Positions 28,894 to 37,322 of a stretch of DNA of 63,895 nt are shown here, piece after piece; the first letter of the stretch is position 1, and each line of letters begins with the position of its first letter. The translations under genes were made by a program, and so were the position numbers. The notes beneath the pieces are model-generated. The model had not been told where the DNA came from and made no database searches. It was given only the letters and a program-made list of their open reading frames with translations. The stretch is from Nitrospirota bacterium (GTDB taxonomy: Bacteria > Nitrospirota > Thermodesulfovibrionia > Thermodesulfovibrionales > JdFR-85), in assembly GCA_011051565.1 (NCBI GenBank), contig DRKX01000005.1:1-63895 (forward strand). The letters are read 5' to 3'.

Positions 28894-29663
28894 CCGAGTT
28901 CACAGCCCGTGATCTTTATGCCGAGTTCGTCGGCCAGCCTGCCGACCTCGCGATAGGACACCCCGGCCTCTTCGGCGATCTTCCTCGCCGTCCTGCAGGA
29001 GATCCTTTTGTCCTTCGCAAGCCGGATGAGTTCCCCCTCCGGGGATGAGGCGGCCTCTGCAGCCGCTTCTTCGCCCGGCGCGGCTGAACGTGCCCCTGTG
29101 TCCCTCATCCCTACTTTATCCATGACGATCTCTCCGAGCCTGCGGAAACACGCCCTCTCCTTGACGCTCAGACGGATGATCCCGCTCTTGCCCTCAGCCG
29201 TCTGAGCGAGGGTTGTCGTGTCCGGGGCGGGAACGTCGTCTTGGTAGATTACGATATCGGCCTTGTCGAGAACCCTCTGAGCCGAGGGCTTCAGTCTTCC
29301 GGAGTCCTTTCCAAAGACAAATATTACAATATCGGGCGACAAAAACTCAATCGGCGCGTTTCCCTCGATCACTATGCCTTTGCAATGAGCGAGCATGCCG
29401 ACGGCCATGTCGATAGACTCTTCCAGTGCCGAGTCGGGTGCCTGGATCCAGAGCACGTCGGCGGCACCGGCACGCCTGAGGCGCGATGTGTCCTTGTCAT
29501 CAGCGGCCGCCGGGTTCCGGCTCACGGATGTGTACAGTGCCGTCCTCGAATACTTTATCGCACACCACGAACCGCCGAGGAGCCGCAGGAGGTTTTCGGC
29601 CACGGTGGTCTTTCCGCATCCGCCGTGTGCTCCACCGACACATATTATGGGTTGCCTGTCCAC
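28884..29663 (-). CDS. P-loop NTPase (MobB/CbiA-like N-domain) with C-terminal HTH-like, Cys-tailed segment; function unknown
   Basis: 259 aa, GTG start. Walker A GGAHGGCGKTT, Walker-B-like GIVIEGN, Ala/Glu linker. The C-terminus RISCRTARKIAEEAGVSYREVGRLADELGIKITGCELGCF ends the protein. Confidence 0.5.
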   Translation of the reverse strand: MDRQPIICVGGAHGGCGKTTVAENLLRLLGGSWCAIKYSRTALYTSVSRNPAAADDKDTSRLRRAGAADVLWIQAPDSALEESIDMAVGMLAHCKGIVIEGNAPIEFLSPDIVIFVFGKDSGRLKPSAQRVLDKADIVIYQDDVPAPDTTTLAQTAEGKSGIIRLSVKERACFRRLGEIVMDKVGMRDTGARSAAPGEEAAAEAASSPEGELIRLAKDKRISCRTARKIAEEAGVSYREVGRLADELGIKITGCELGCF

Positions 29664-29755
29664 TCTGTTGACTATTTTAACGCATTACGGGGTGATAAGT
29701 CAGAAGGCGCTTCACTAAAGTTTCAGCGTCTTCAGCCGATAAATAAGAAGAGTCC

Positions 29756-30607
29756 ATGTTCGTAATAATCGGAATAGCGGTCGTTCTCGGGGCCGTTGTC
29801 GGCGGCTACCTCATGGAGCACGGCAACCTCAGCGTCCTGATCCAGCCGGCGGAGATCGTCATCATATTCGGCGCCGCAATCGGCTCGCTCATCATAGCTG
29901 CGCCTCCAAAGGTCCTATCCATGATACTCAAGAGCCTGGGAAAGCTCTTTTCATCCGGGGGCATGGGGAAGTCCGGCTACCTCGAGCTCATGAGCCTGCT
30001 CTTCAACATATTCTCCAAGATACGCAAGGAGGGGCTCATATCCATAGAGACGGACATAGAAAACCCCAAGAAGAGCCCCCTCTTCTCGAAGTACAAGGCC
30101 GTGATGTCGAATCATCACGCGGTCGGCTTTCTCTGCGACAACCTGAAGGTCATAATCTCCACCAACGTCCCGCCGCACGAACTGGACGCACTCATGGAAC
30201 TCGAGACGGAGACCCACCACCACGAGGCGATGACGCCGGCACACAGCATAGCGAGGGTCGCAGACGCACTGCCGGGGCTCGGCATCGTTGCGGCGGTGCT
30301 CGGGGTGGTGCTGACTATGGGAAAGATCAGCGAGCCTCCCGAGGTCCTCGGTGAAAGCATAGGCGCGGCACTGGTTGGCACGTTCCTCGGCGTCCTCATG
30401 TGTTACGGGTTCGTCGGCCCCATTGCGACCAATATAGAGTCCAAGGTCAAGGAGGACGGGATCAGTTTTCAGGTGATAAGGGTGGCACTCGTCTCCTTCG
30501 TCGGCGGCGCCGCCCCACAGATGGCGGTGGAGTTCGGCAGGAGGGCGATCCCGACCTCCGACAGGCCGTCCTTCAATGAGCTCGAAGAGGCGGTGAGGAA
30601 GAAATGA
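29756..30607 (+). CDS. motA: Flagellar-type stator protein MotA (MotA/TolQ/ExbB channel family)
   Basis: 283 aa. MFVIIGIAVVLGAVVGGYLMEHGN..., four TM segments, ALVGTFLGVLMCYGFVGP, typical of MotA. Confidence 0.88.
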   Translation: MFVIIGIAVVLGAVVGGYLMEHGNLSVLIQPAEIVIIFGAAIGSLIIAAPPKVLSMILKSLGKLFSSGGMGKSGYLELMSLLFNIFSKIRKEGLISIETDIENPKKSPLFSKYKAVMSNHHAVGFLCDNLKVIISTNVPPHELDALMELETETHHHEAMTPAHSIARVADALPGLGIVAAVLGVVLTMGKISEPPEVLGESIGAALVGTFLGVLMCYGFVGPIATNIESKVKEDGISFQVIRVALVSFVGGAAPQMAVEFGRRAIPTSDRPSFNELEEAVRKK

Positions 30608-30626
30608 ACGCGCGCGGGGTGAATGT

Positions 30627-31427
30627 ATGAAAGACTCGAAGATAATAATAAAGAAGGTGAAGAAGGTCGAGGGCGGTCATCACGGTGGAAGCTGGAAGGT
30701 GGCGTATGCGGATTTCGTGACCGCCATGATGGCCTTCTTCCTACTGCTTTGGCTCGTCACCATGGTGTCGCCGGAGAAGCGGGCGAGGGTCGCGGCATAC
30801 TTCAAGTACTTCAGCATCTTCGAGAAGGGCGGGACCTCCTTCATGGAGAAGTCCAGCGAGATGTTCAGTGAATCGGGCGCGACCGCTGACAAGGCCTTCG
30901 CGGACTATTACGGGACCTTCGGGTCGAGCACCATGACCCCCGAAACACTCAAGGAGGCCATAAGAGAGGCCGTGGAGACCATGCTCGGCGACATCAAGGA
31001 CCAGATACTCGTCAAGATTGTGAAGGAGGGCGTGAAGATAGAGATCATCGACAAGAACGGCAGCTCGATGTTTCCGATCGGCAGCGCCGAGTTGACTCCG
31101 AAGGCGAAAGAGATACTGAAGGTGCTGGCCGACAACATAGGCGACATAAACAACAAGCTCTTCATAGAGGGGCATACGGACTCATATTCGTACTCGTCGA
31201 ACAGCAACTACACCAACTGGGAACTCTCCGCCGACAGGGCGAACGCCGCGAGACGCCACCTTGAAAGGCTCGGGATATCACCCGACAGGATAGTTCGTGT
31301 CGTCGGTTATGCGGACAAGGACCCCCTCTTCACCGACAGTCCGCGTGACCCCAAGAACAGGAGAATAAGCATAATAATTTTGTTCCCGGAAAGCAGAAAG
31401 CCTCACGCGGGGAAAACAAAAAAATAA
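30627..31427 (+). CDS. motB: Stator protein MotB (OmpA-like peptidoglycan-binding C-domain)
   Basis: 266 aa. GGSWKVAYADFVTAMMAFFLLLWL (conserved Asp in TM), C-terminal GHTDS...NWELSADRANAARRHL. Confidence 0.85.
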   Translation: MKDSKIIIKKVKKVEGGHHGGSWKVAYADFVTAMMAFFLLLWLVTMVSPEKRARVAAYFKYFSIFEKGGTSFMEKSSEMFSESGATADKAFADYYGTFGSSTMTPETLKEAIREAVETMLGDIKDQILVKIVKEGVKIEIIDKNGSSMFPIGSAELTPKAKEILKVLADNIGDINNKLFIEGHTDSYSYSSNSNYTNWELSADRANAARRHLERLGISPDRIVRVVGYADKDPLFTDSPRDPKNRRISIIILFPESRKPHAGKTKK

Positions 31428-31579
31428 CCATTCGATTTTTTTGCTTCTTACGCGCGCAGCTCCGGATGTTCCCCGCAGTAAAAAAAAACGAATATAAACA
31501 AGACGTTCCGGTCTCCCTCCAAAGACAAAACCAAGTCTGCAAGCCGACTATCGCCCACCCACGGCAGTAAAAAAAAACA

Positions 31580-31609
31580 TTGCAAAAAACTTTTTGGGTG
31601 TAGTATAAT
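31580..31609 (+). promoter_or_regulatory. Near-consensus sigma-70 promoter (TTGCAA-18 nt-TATAAT) with upstream A9 tract
   Basis: -35 TTGCAA 31580-31585, -10 TATAAT 31604-31609. An A9 run at 31569-31577 abuts the -35. About 70 nt upstream of the cytochrome gene ATG at 31684. Confidence 0.45.
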
Positions 31610-31683
31610 CCCTCTGGCAATATTGGTCCCGGATACATCTATGGTGCATTACAACAGTGGACAAAAATTCAAGGAGAAAAAAC

Positions 31684-32430
31684 ATGAGATATTTTAACAT
31701 TAACCTTAAAGGCGACGGCGGTCGTGGAACGATAAAAGATGTCGATTGCGAGGCTCGGAAAAGGAACGTCTGGCTGGAAGTGTTGGCCGAACAGGCGAGG
31801 TCCCTCGGAGTGTTCGCGATCGTTGTCGCGGTCTTGGTTTCCTTTGGCTTGCCGGCGTGGGCTTCAGAGGACGGTAATGGCGCAGCCGCCGCCGTCAGGG
31901 ATGACGACATCCCGAAGTTCTTCGTGCCGCCGCCGCCGTTCTCCGAGGGTATATTTCCCTGCTCGCAGTGCCACGCCGACATGGTCGTTAACAAGAAGCG
32001 GAGGAAGCTCTACTATCATACCAATATACAGAAGATGTTCAACCATGCGGAGAAGCAGAGGTGGTGCCTCGACTGCCACAACCCCGACGACAGGGACAAG
32101 CTGAGGCTCGCAAGCGGAAGGCTCATCACCTTCGAGGAGTCGTATTATCTGTGCGGCCAGTGTCATGGAACGATCTTCCGTGACTGGAAGGCCGGGGTGC
32201 ACGGCAAGAGGACCGGGATGTGGAACGGGAAGAAGGAGTACCGCCTCTGCGTTCACTGCCACAATCCTCATTCACCGAGGTTCAAGCCTCTCAAGCCCCT
32301 GCCGCCGCCCATAAAGCCCTCTGACATAAAGTACAGGAGGCTGTCTCCGGATGAGATACCGCCAAATCCGTTGAACAAGATTTTTCCACTAAAAACAGAT
32401 TCGAGGAGTAAAGATGCCAAAGGAAATTAA
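31684..32430 (+). CDS. Membrane-anchored/secreted tetrahaem cytochrome c
   Basis: ATG 31684 preceded by AAGGAG. Hydrophobic N-segment LGVFAIVVAVLVSFGLPAWA. Four CxxCH: CSQCH, CLDCH, CGQCH, CVHCH. Confidence 0.8.
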   Translation: MRYFNINLKGDGGRGTIKDVDCEARKRNVWLEVLAEQARSLGVFAIVVAVLVSFGLPAWASEDGNGAAAAVRDDDIPKFFVPPPPFSEGIFPCSQCHADMVVNKKRRKLYYHTNIQKMFNHAEKQRWCLDCHNPDDRDKLRLASGRLITFEESYYLCGQCHGTIFRDWKAGVHGKRTGMWNGKKEYRLCVHCHNPHSPRFKPLKPLPPPIKPSDIKYRRLSPDEIPPNPLNKIFPLKTDSRSKDAKGN

Positions 32431-33337
32431 AGGACATAGCTTATCCAGACCGATCAGCCGCAGGGGGTTCCTGAAGGGTACGGCGCTGGGGCTCGCCTCC
32501 ACGGCGGTGCCCTTCGCCAAGGCGGACGCCTCCTTCTGGGACGCCTACTTCCAGAAGCATTTCAGGGAGATGAACGAAGACGAGCTCAGGGAAGTGATAA
32601 AGAGGCTCGAGAAGGAATACGCCGAGGAGTACGACACGAAGTTCAACATCAAGACCACGAAGGCCATGCCGGGGACGCTCTTCGGCTACGGACTCGACCT
32701 CTCGCGATGCATAGGCTGCAGGAGGTGTGTCTATGCGTGTGTTAGGGAGAACAACCAGTCGAGGGACCCACAGATACACTGGATAACGGTCCTGAGGTTC
32801 AAAAAGGGCGAGAAGTGGATCGACCTCGAGGAGTCGGAGAAGTACTACTATCCTGAGGCGGTGCCAGAGGAGGGCTACTTCTACATGCCGGTGCAGTGCC
32901 AGCAGTGCGAGAACCCGCCGTGCGTCAGGGTGTGCCCGACTCAGGCGACCTGGAAGGAGCCGGACGGAATAGTGGTGATCGACTACAACTGGTGCATCGG
33001 CTGCCGCTACTGCATGGCGTCGTGTCCGTACGGCGCAAGGCGCTTCAACCTTGCAAAGCCGAGGATCCGCAAGGAGGAGCTCAACCCAGAATCGCACTAC
33101 CTCGGCAACAGGCCCCGTTACAAGGGCGTGGTGGAGAAGTGCATATTCTGCGTGCAGAGGACGAGGGCCGGCAGGTATCCCGCATGTGTCGAGATATGTC
33201 CAGTCGGTGCCAGGAAGTTCGGTAACCTGCTGGACCCGAAGAGCGAGATCAGGTACTGCATCGAGAACAAGAGGGTGTTCCGGCTGAAGGAAGACCTGAA
33301 CACGTATCCCAAGTTTTATTACTTCTTTGCGACATAA
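32414..33337 (+). CDS. Tat-exported 4x[4Fe-4S] ferredoxin-type subunit (NrfC/PsrB/DsrO/ActB2-like)
   Basis: 307 aa. Twin-arginine SRRGFLKG. Cys clusters CIGCRRCVYAC, CQQCENPPCVRVCP, CIGCRYCMASCP, CIFC...CVEICP. Confidence 0.88.
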   Translation: MPKEIKGHSLSRPISRRGFLKGTALGLASTAVPFAKADASFWDAYFQKHFREMNEDELREVIKRLEKEYAEEYDTKFNIKTTKAMPGTLFGYGLDLSRCIGCRRCVYACVRENNQSRDPQIHWITVLRFKKGEKWIDLEESEKYYYPEAVPEEGYFYMPVQCQQCENPPCVRVCPTQATWKEPDGIVVIDYNWCIGCRYCMASCPYGARRFNLAKPRIRKEELNPESHYLGNRPRYKGVVEKCIFCVQRTRAGRYPACVEICPVGARKFGNLLDPKSEIRYCIENKRVFRLKEDLNTYPKFYYFFAT

Positions 33338-33361
33338 TAATTCTGAGGAGGAAGGGTTGCC

Positions 33362-34585
33362 ATGTATGCTTTGGTGAGAAACTTTTTCACGGCTTTGAGA
33401 CATATCGCGAGAGGCGGCAAGTGGTATTACATCTGGCTGGCTTTTCTGTCGTTCTTCATTGTTGTTGGGGCTGTCGCATACATCAGACAGCTGCACACCG
33501 GGCTCATCCTGACCGCCATGAGGGATCAGGTCTCCTGGGGGTTCTACATATCCAACTTCACGTTCCTCGTCGGTGTCGCGGCGGCTGCGGTCCTACTCGT
33601 CGTGCCTGCATACGTGTACCACTTCAAGCCGATCAAGGAGATCGTCCTCTTCGGAGAGCTCCTCGCCATAACGGCCATTATAATGTGTATTCTCTTCATC
33701 ATGGTCGACATGGGGAGGCCTGAGAGGGTCTGGCACCTCCTGCCCATCGTGGGGACCATGAACTTTCCGTCTTCGCTGCTCGCCTGGGACGTCGTTGTGC
33801 TCAACGGCTATCTCGCCATAAACTTCCTCATATCTTTTTACGTCCTGTACAAAATGTCGCACAGCAAGGAGTACAGCATCCAGCTGATCAAGCCCTTGAT
33901 CATGATCTCGATCCCGTGGGCCATCAGTATCCACACGGTTACGGCCTTCCTCTACAACGGCCTGTCGGCCAGGCCTTTCTGGAATGCGTCGATCCTGGCT
34001 CCGAGGTTCATCGCATCGGCGCTCTGTTCGGGGCCGGCCCTCATGATACTCATATTCCAGATCATAAGGAAGGTCTCCAAGATAGAGATAGACAACAGGG
34101 CCCTGTTCAAGATAGCCGAGCTGATAGCATACGCGATAGGGCTGAACCTCTTCCTCTTCGGAGCGGAGTTCTTCAAGGAGTTCTATTCCGGAAGCATACA
34201 TCTCGCACCCATGGAGTACCTCTATTTCGGCCTCAAAGGCAAGACGACCCTGGTGCCCTGGATGTGGGCGGCGCTGCTCTTCAATATCACGGCGTTCCTC
34301 ATCTTCCTGAGTCCGCGGGCGAGGGAGAACTTCCTGACCCTGAACATAGGGTGCGTCCTTGTGATAATCGGGGTCTTCATAGAGAAGGGTATGGGACTTG
34401 TCATACCTGGCTTCGTCCCGGGAGTGCTTGGAGAGATATACGAGTACTCGCCGACGTGGACGGAGAAGAGCGTCACCTTGGGCATATGGGCTGCAGGCGC
34501 GATGATATACACGCTGCTGTTGAAATTCGCCGTGCCGATTTACACGGGCGAGCTCAGGTTCATATCCAAGCCCGGCACGGAGTGA
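33362..34585 (+). CDS. NrfD/PsrC-family polytopic quinone-interacting membrane subunit (DsrP/ActC-like size)
   Basis: 407 aa with about 10 hydrophobic segments. Follows the NrfC-like gene by 24 nt, with a GAGGAGGAAGG RBS. Confidence 0.85.
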   Translation: MYALVRNFFTALRHIARGGKWYYIWLAFLSFFIVVGAVAYIRQLHTGLILTAMRDQVSWGFYISNFTFLVGVAAAAVLLVVPAYVYHFKPIKEIVLFGELLAITAIIMCILFIMVDMGRPERVWHLLPIVGTMNFPSSLLAWDVVVLNGYLAINFLISFYVLYKMSHSKEYSIQLIKPLIMISIPWAISIHTVTAFLYNGLSARPFWNASILAPRFIASALCSGPALMILIFQIIRKVSKIEIDNRALFKIAELIAYAIGLNLFLFGAEFFKEFYSGSIHLAPMEYLYFGLKGKTTLVPWMWAALLFNITAFLIFLSPRARENFLTLNIGCVLVIIGVFIEKGMGLVIPGFVPGVLGEIYEYSPTWTEKSVTLGIWAAGAMIYTLLLKFAVPIYTGELRFISKPGTE

Positions 34586-34606
34586 TCCAGGTCTTGAACT
34601 TTCTTG

Positions 34607-34634
34607 TTGACATCCTGGATTGTGTTGCTATATC
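34607..34634 (+). promoter_or_regulatory. Possible internal promoter (TTGACA-16 nt-TGcTATATC) ahead of the Rieske gene
   Basis: Perfect -35 TTGACA 34607-34612. Extended -10-like TGC TATATC 34626-34634. Lies in the 106-nt gap after the NrfD-like gene. Confidence 0.35.
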
Positions 34635-34691
34635 ATTTTTTTACAACGTGCCGATCGAATCAACGTGCCCGGATCGTGTGGGGGTGTATGG

Positions 34692-35102
34692 ATGAAGAGA
34701 CGCAAGTTTTTGAAGTCATTACTCGCCCTGCTGGGCTCTACGACGCTTGTATCCTTTGCCTATCCTCTGGTCAGGTTCATCGCGCCGCCCAGCAAAAAGG
34801 CGGAGGTTAAGCGTCTCAGCCTCAGTAAAGGCGATATCCCTGCAGGTGAGGCCAGAGAGGTCGTATTCAACAACACGCCTGCGATCGTCATCAACAGGCC
34901 GGGTAAGGGTTATATAGCCCTCTCCAAGGTCTGCACTCACCTGGGGTGTCTCGTAGAGTTCAACAAGGAGAAGGCGAGGTTGATCTGCCCATGTCATGCC
35001 GGCGAGTTCAGTCTTGACGGAAAGGTCCTTTCAGGACCACCCCCGAAACCCCTTACAGAGTTTCCACTGCGTGTGGAGGGTGAGTCCATCATAATAGGTT
35101 AG
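34692..35102 (+). CDS. Rieske [2Fe-2S] protein
   Basis: 136 aa from ATG 34692. MKRRKFLKSLLALLG (Tat-like anchor), CTHLGC and CPCHAGEF boxes. Confidence 0.88.
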   Translation: MKRRKFLKSLLALLGSTTLVSFAYPLVRFIAPPSKKAEVKRLSLSKGDIPAGEAREVVFNNTPAIVINRPGKGYIALSKVCTHLGCLVEFNKEKARLICPCHAGEFSLDGKVLSGPPPKPLTEFPLRVEGESIIIG

Positions 35103-35164
35103 GAGAGAGCCGCCGTGCGGGTGTGTGCGGCGCGGACAAAAATTTTTTCCAGAGCGGAGACTTT

Positions 35165-36259
35165 ATGTGGCGAAGGATAAAGAAGGGTCTCGAAGTAAGA
35201 ATCGGTCTTGAGGACCTCGTCAATACTAAGCTGAAGAGGTACACCGTCCCGAGAAACACCAATATATTCTATACCCTCGGTGGAGTTGCACTTGCGGCGT
35301 TCATCATTCAGGCGCTCACCGGGTTCTTTCTCCTGATATACTACGTGCCGCATTCCGACCACGCCTTCAGGAGCGTACAGCAGATAATGACCTCTGTGCC
35401 GTTTGGATGGCTCTTCAGGCTTATGCACGTGGTCGGAGCAAACCTCATAGTCGCGGTTGTCTTTCTACACATGCTCTCGGTCTTCTTCATGGGAAGCTAC
35501 AAGAAGCCGAGGGAGTTGACATGGATCGCAGGCTGGCTCATGCTCCTTGTGGTCCTCACGTTCAGCCTGAGCGGCAACCTCCTGCCGTGGAGCCAGTTGA
35601 GTTACTGGACCACCACCGTGGTCACCGCCATGCCGACTGCATTTCCGTACGTGGGTGACTACATTGCCAATGTACTCAGGGGCGGCGAGTTCGTCTCAGG
35701 AGTGACGTTGAACAGGTTTTTTGCCCTCCATGTGGCGCTTCTGCCCCCGGTTTTCGTCCTCTTCCTGGTGGTGCACATATTCCTCATAAGGAGGATCGGG
35801 CTGTCGTCGCCGCCGTTCGGGGAGCAGACCGCAGGGTCCGGTGAGTGGAACGAATACAGGCATGTGAGCTACCCCGACGGCTATTCCTTCTATCCCTACT
35901 TCGTGCTGAAGGAGCTTTACATGGTGCTGGCGTATCTCGTGGTAATGTTCTTCGTCATCACCTTTGTCCCGACGCTCTTCCTGCCCCAGGGGGCGAACAT
36001 ACCGGCCGATCCACTGAAGACCCCCGCCTACATAAAACCGCAGTGGTACTTTCTCGCCCCATACCAGATGCTCAAGCTCATTCCGAACAAGTTCCTCGGT
36101 ATAAGCATACAGCTGCTGCTGCTGGCGATGTTCATATTGTGGCCGTTCTTTGATACCGGCAGGGAGCGGAACATATTGAAGAGGCCGCTTCTTCTCGTTG
36201 CATTCCTGGCATCGCTGCTTCTGTGGATTGTTTTGACCGTATGGGGGAGGACCTCATGA
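35165..36259 (+). CDS. Cytochrome b (b6-like N-half fused to subunit-IV-like C-half)
   Basis: 364 aa from ATG 35165. NIFYTLGG, YKKPRELTWI, LPWSQ, LRGG align with my recollection of cytochrome b6. His pairs are spaced H-x13-H (helix B) and H-x14-H (helix D). The C-half carries PQWY. Confidence 0.88.
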   Translation: MWRRIKKGLEVRIGLEDLVNTKLKRYTVPRNTNIFYTLGGVALAAFIIQALTGFFLLIYYVPHSDHAFRSVQQIMTSVPFGWLFRLMHVVGANLIVAVVFLHMLSVFFMGSYKKPRELTWIAGWLMLLVVLTFSLSGNLLPWSQLSYWTTTVVTAMPTAFPYVGDYIANVLRGGEFVSGVTLNRFFALHVALLPPVFVLFLVVHIFLIRRIGLSSPPFGEQTAGSGEWNEYRHVSYPDGYSFYPYFVLKELYMVLAYLVVMFFVITFVPTLFLPQGANIPADPLKTPAYIKPQWYFLAPYQMLKLIPNKFLGISIQLLLLAMFILWPFFDTGRERNILKRPLLLVAFLASLLLWIVLTVWGRTS

Positions 36260-37116
36260 GATACTCCGTAATGATACTGTTGCTGTCGGCTGCCGTCTTG
36301 ATTGGAGCATCGATGACCGGTGCGAATTACAGGGACATTTTTGGGAAGGAGTTCCTCACCAAGCCGTGGGCCGGCGGTCAGGTCAAAGAGAGTGTTTGCA
36401 TCAGCTGCCATACCTCCGACATCATAAAGCCTGAATACCGTGACATTCCGCAGGAGTGGAAGCAGAGCTGGCACTACCAGAACAACGTCTCCTGCAAGGA
36501 CTGCCACGGCGGGGATCCCGATGATGCAGAGGCGGCCATGTCGCCCGAGAGGGGGTTCATCGGCACCCCCGACTACGCCGAGATCCCACAGGTGTGCGGC
36601 AGGTGTCATATAGGCATACTCAAGAACTATCTCGAGAGCGGACACGGCAGGGCCCTCAAGGCCTCGAAGACCGGGCCGAACTGTGTGACCTGCCACGGCT
36701 CTCACAATATACAGAAGGCGAGCATAAAGATCATCAACGAGGCACGGTGCTCGAGGTGCCACTCTTATGAGAGGGCCAAGGTCATGAAACAGGCGCTCTT
36801 CCTCACGGAGAAGAAGATAAGGGACATCGACGAAGACCTCAAGCGACTGAAGCGTGCCGGTGTCTTTACCGACGAGGAGGACAAGACCCTCTTCCGCACC
36901 CATGTCGAATATCGCACGCTCTTTCATACGGTCAATGTCGAGCTTGTCAAGAAGAGTACGGACAAATTCGCAAAGAAGCTGGGTCTCATCGAGGACAAGA
37001 TAGATAAGACCTTCAGGGAGCTCGAGTTCCGGAGGAACTTCTCCGCCTTCTTCATGATGTTGTTCACTGTCATGGGAATCGTGGTCTTCATGCTTTCAAG
37101 GACGTACAAGGATTAA
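36256..37116 (+). CDS. Pentahaem cytochrome c with C-terminal membrane anchor
   Basis: ATG 36256 overlaps the cytochrome b stop (ATGA). Signal peptide, CISCH, CKDCH, CGRCH, CVTCH, CSRCH, helical region, then TM FSAFFMMLFTVMGIVVFML. Confidence 0.8.
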   Translation: MRYSVMILLLSAAVLIGASMTGANYRDIFGKEFLTKPWAGGQVKESVCISCHTSDIIKPEYRDIPQEWKQSWHYQNNVSCKDCHGGDPDDAEAAMSPERGFIGTPDYAEIPQVCGRCHIGILKNYLESGHGRALKASKTGPNCVTCHGSHNIQKASIKIINEARCSRCHSYERAKVMKQALFLTEKKIRDIDEDLKRLKRAGVFTDEEDKTLFRTHVEYRTLFHTVNVELVKKSTDKFAKKLGLIEDKIDKTFRELEFRRNFSAFFMMLFTVMGIVVFMLSRTYKD

Positions 37117-37322
37117 GACCGGACTGAGTGGCGGACAGCGGTTACCTGAGGCGGCCGATTCCCTGCCGCCTGGCAGTAGAGACGAGATCACCTCCAGACA
37201 TCCCACCGTACAGGCCATCGTGCAGAGAGGCAGGGGGCGGCCTGTGTGCCCCATGATCTGCTCGATGTGTAGGTCAGCACTTGTAGAAGATAGAGACCGG
37301 GCTTGAAAGGAGCATGTATAGT

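Noticed and set aside
29756-31427. MotA/MotB pair as a Zorya-type (ZorAB) defence system.
   Set aside because: MotA is 283 aa with no long ZorA tail. There are no ZorC/D/E-like genes next to it, and the motifs are those of flagellar stators.
37149-37171. GC-rich hairpin AGGCGGC-9 nt-GCCGCCT after the pentahaem cytochrome gene, as an intrinsic terminator.
   Set aside because: No U-tract follows it. It may still act as a terminator or stabiliser, but the sequence alone does not support a call.
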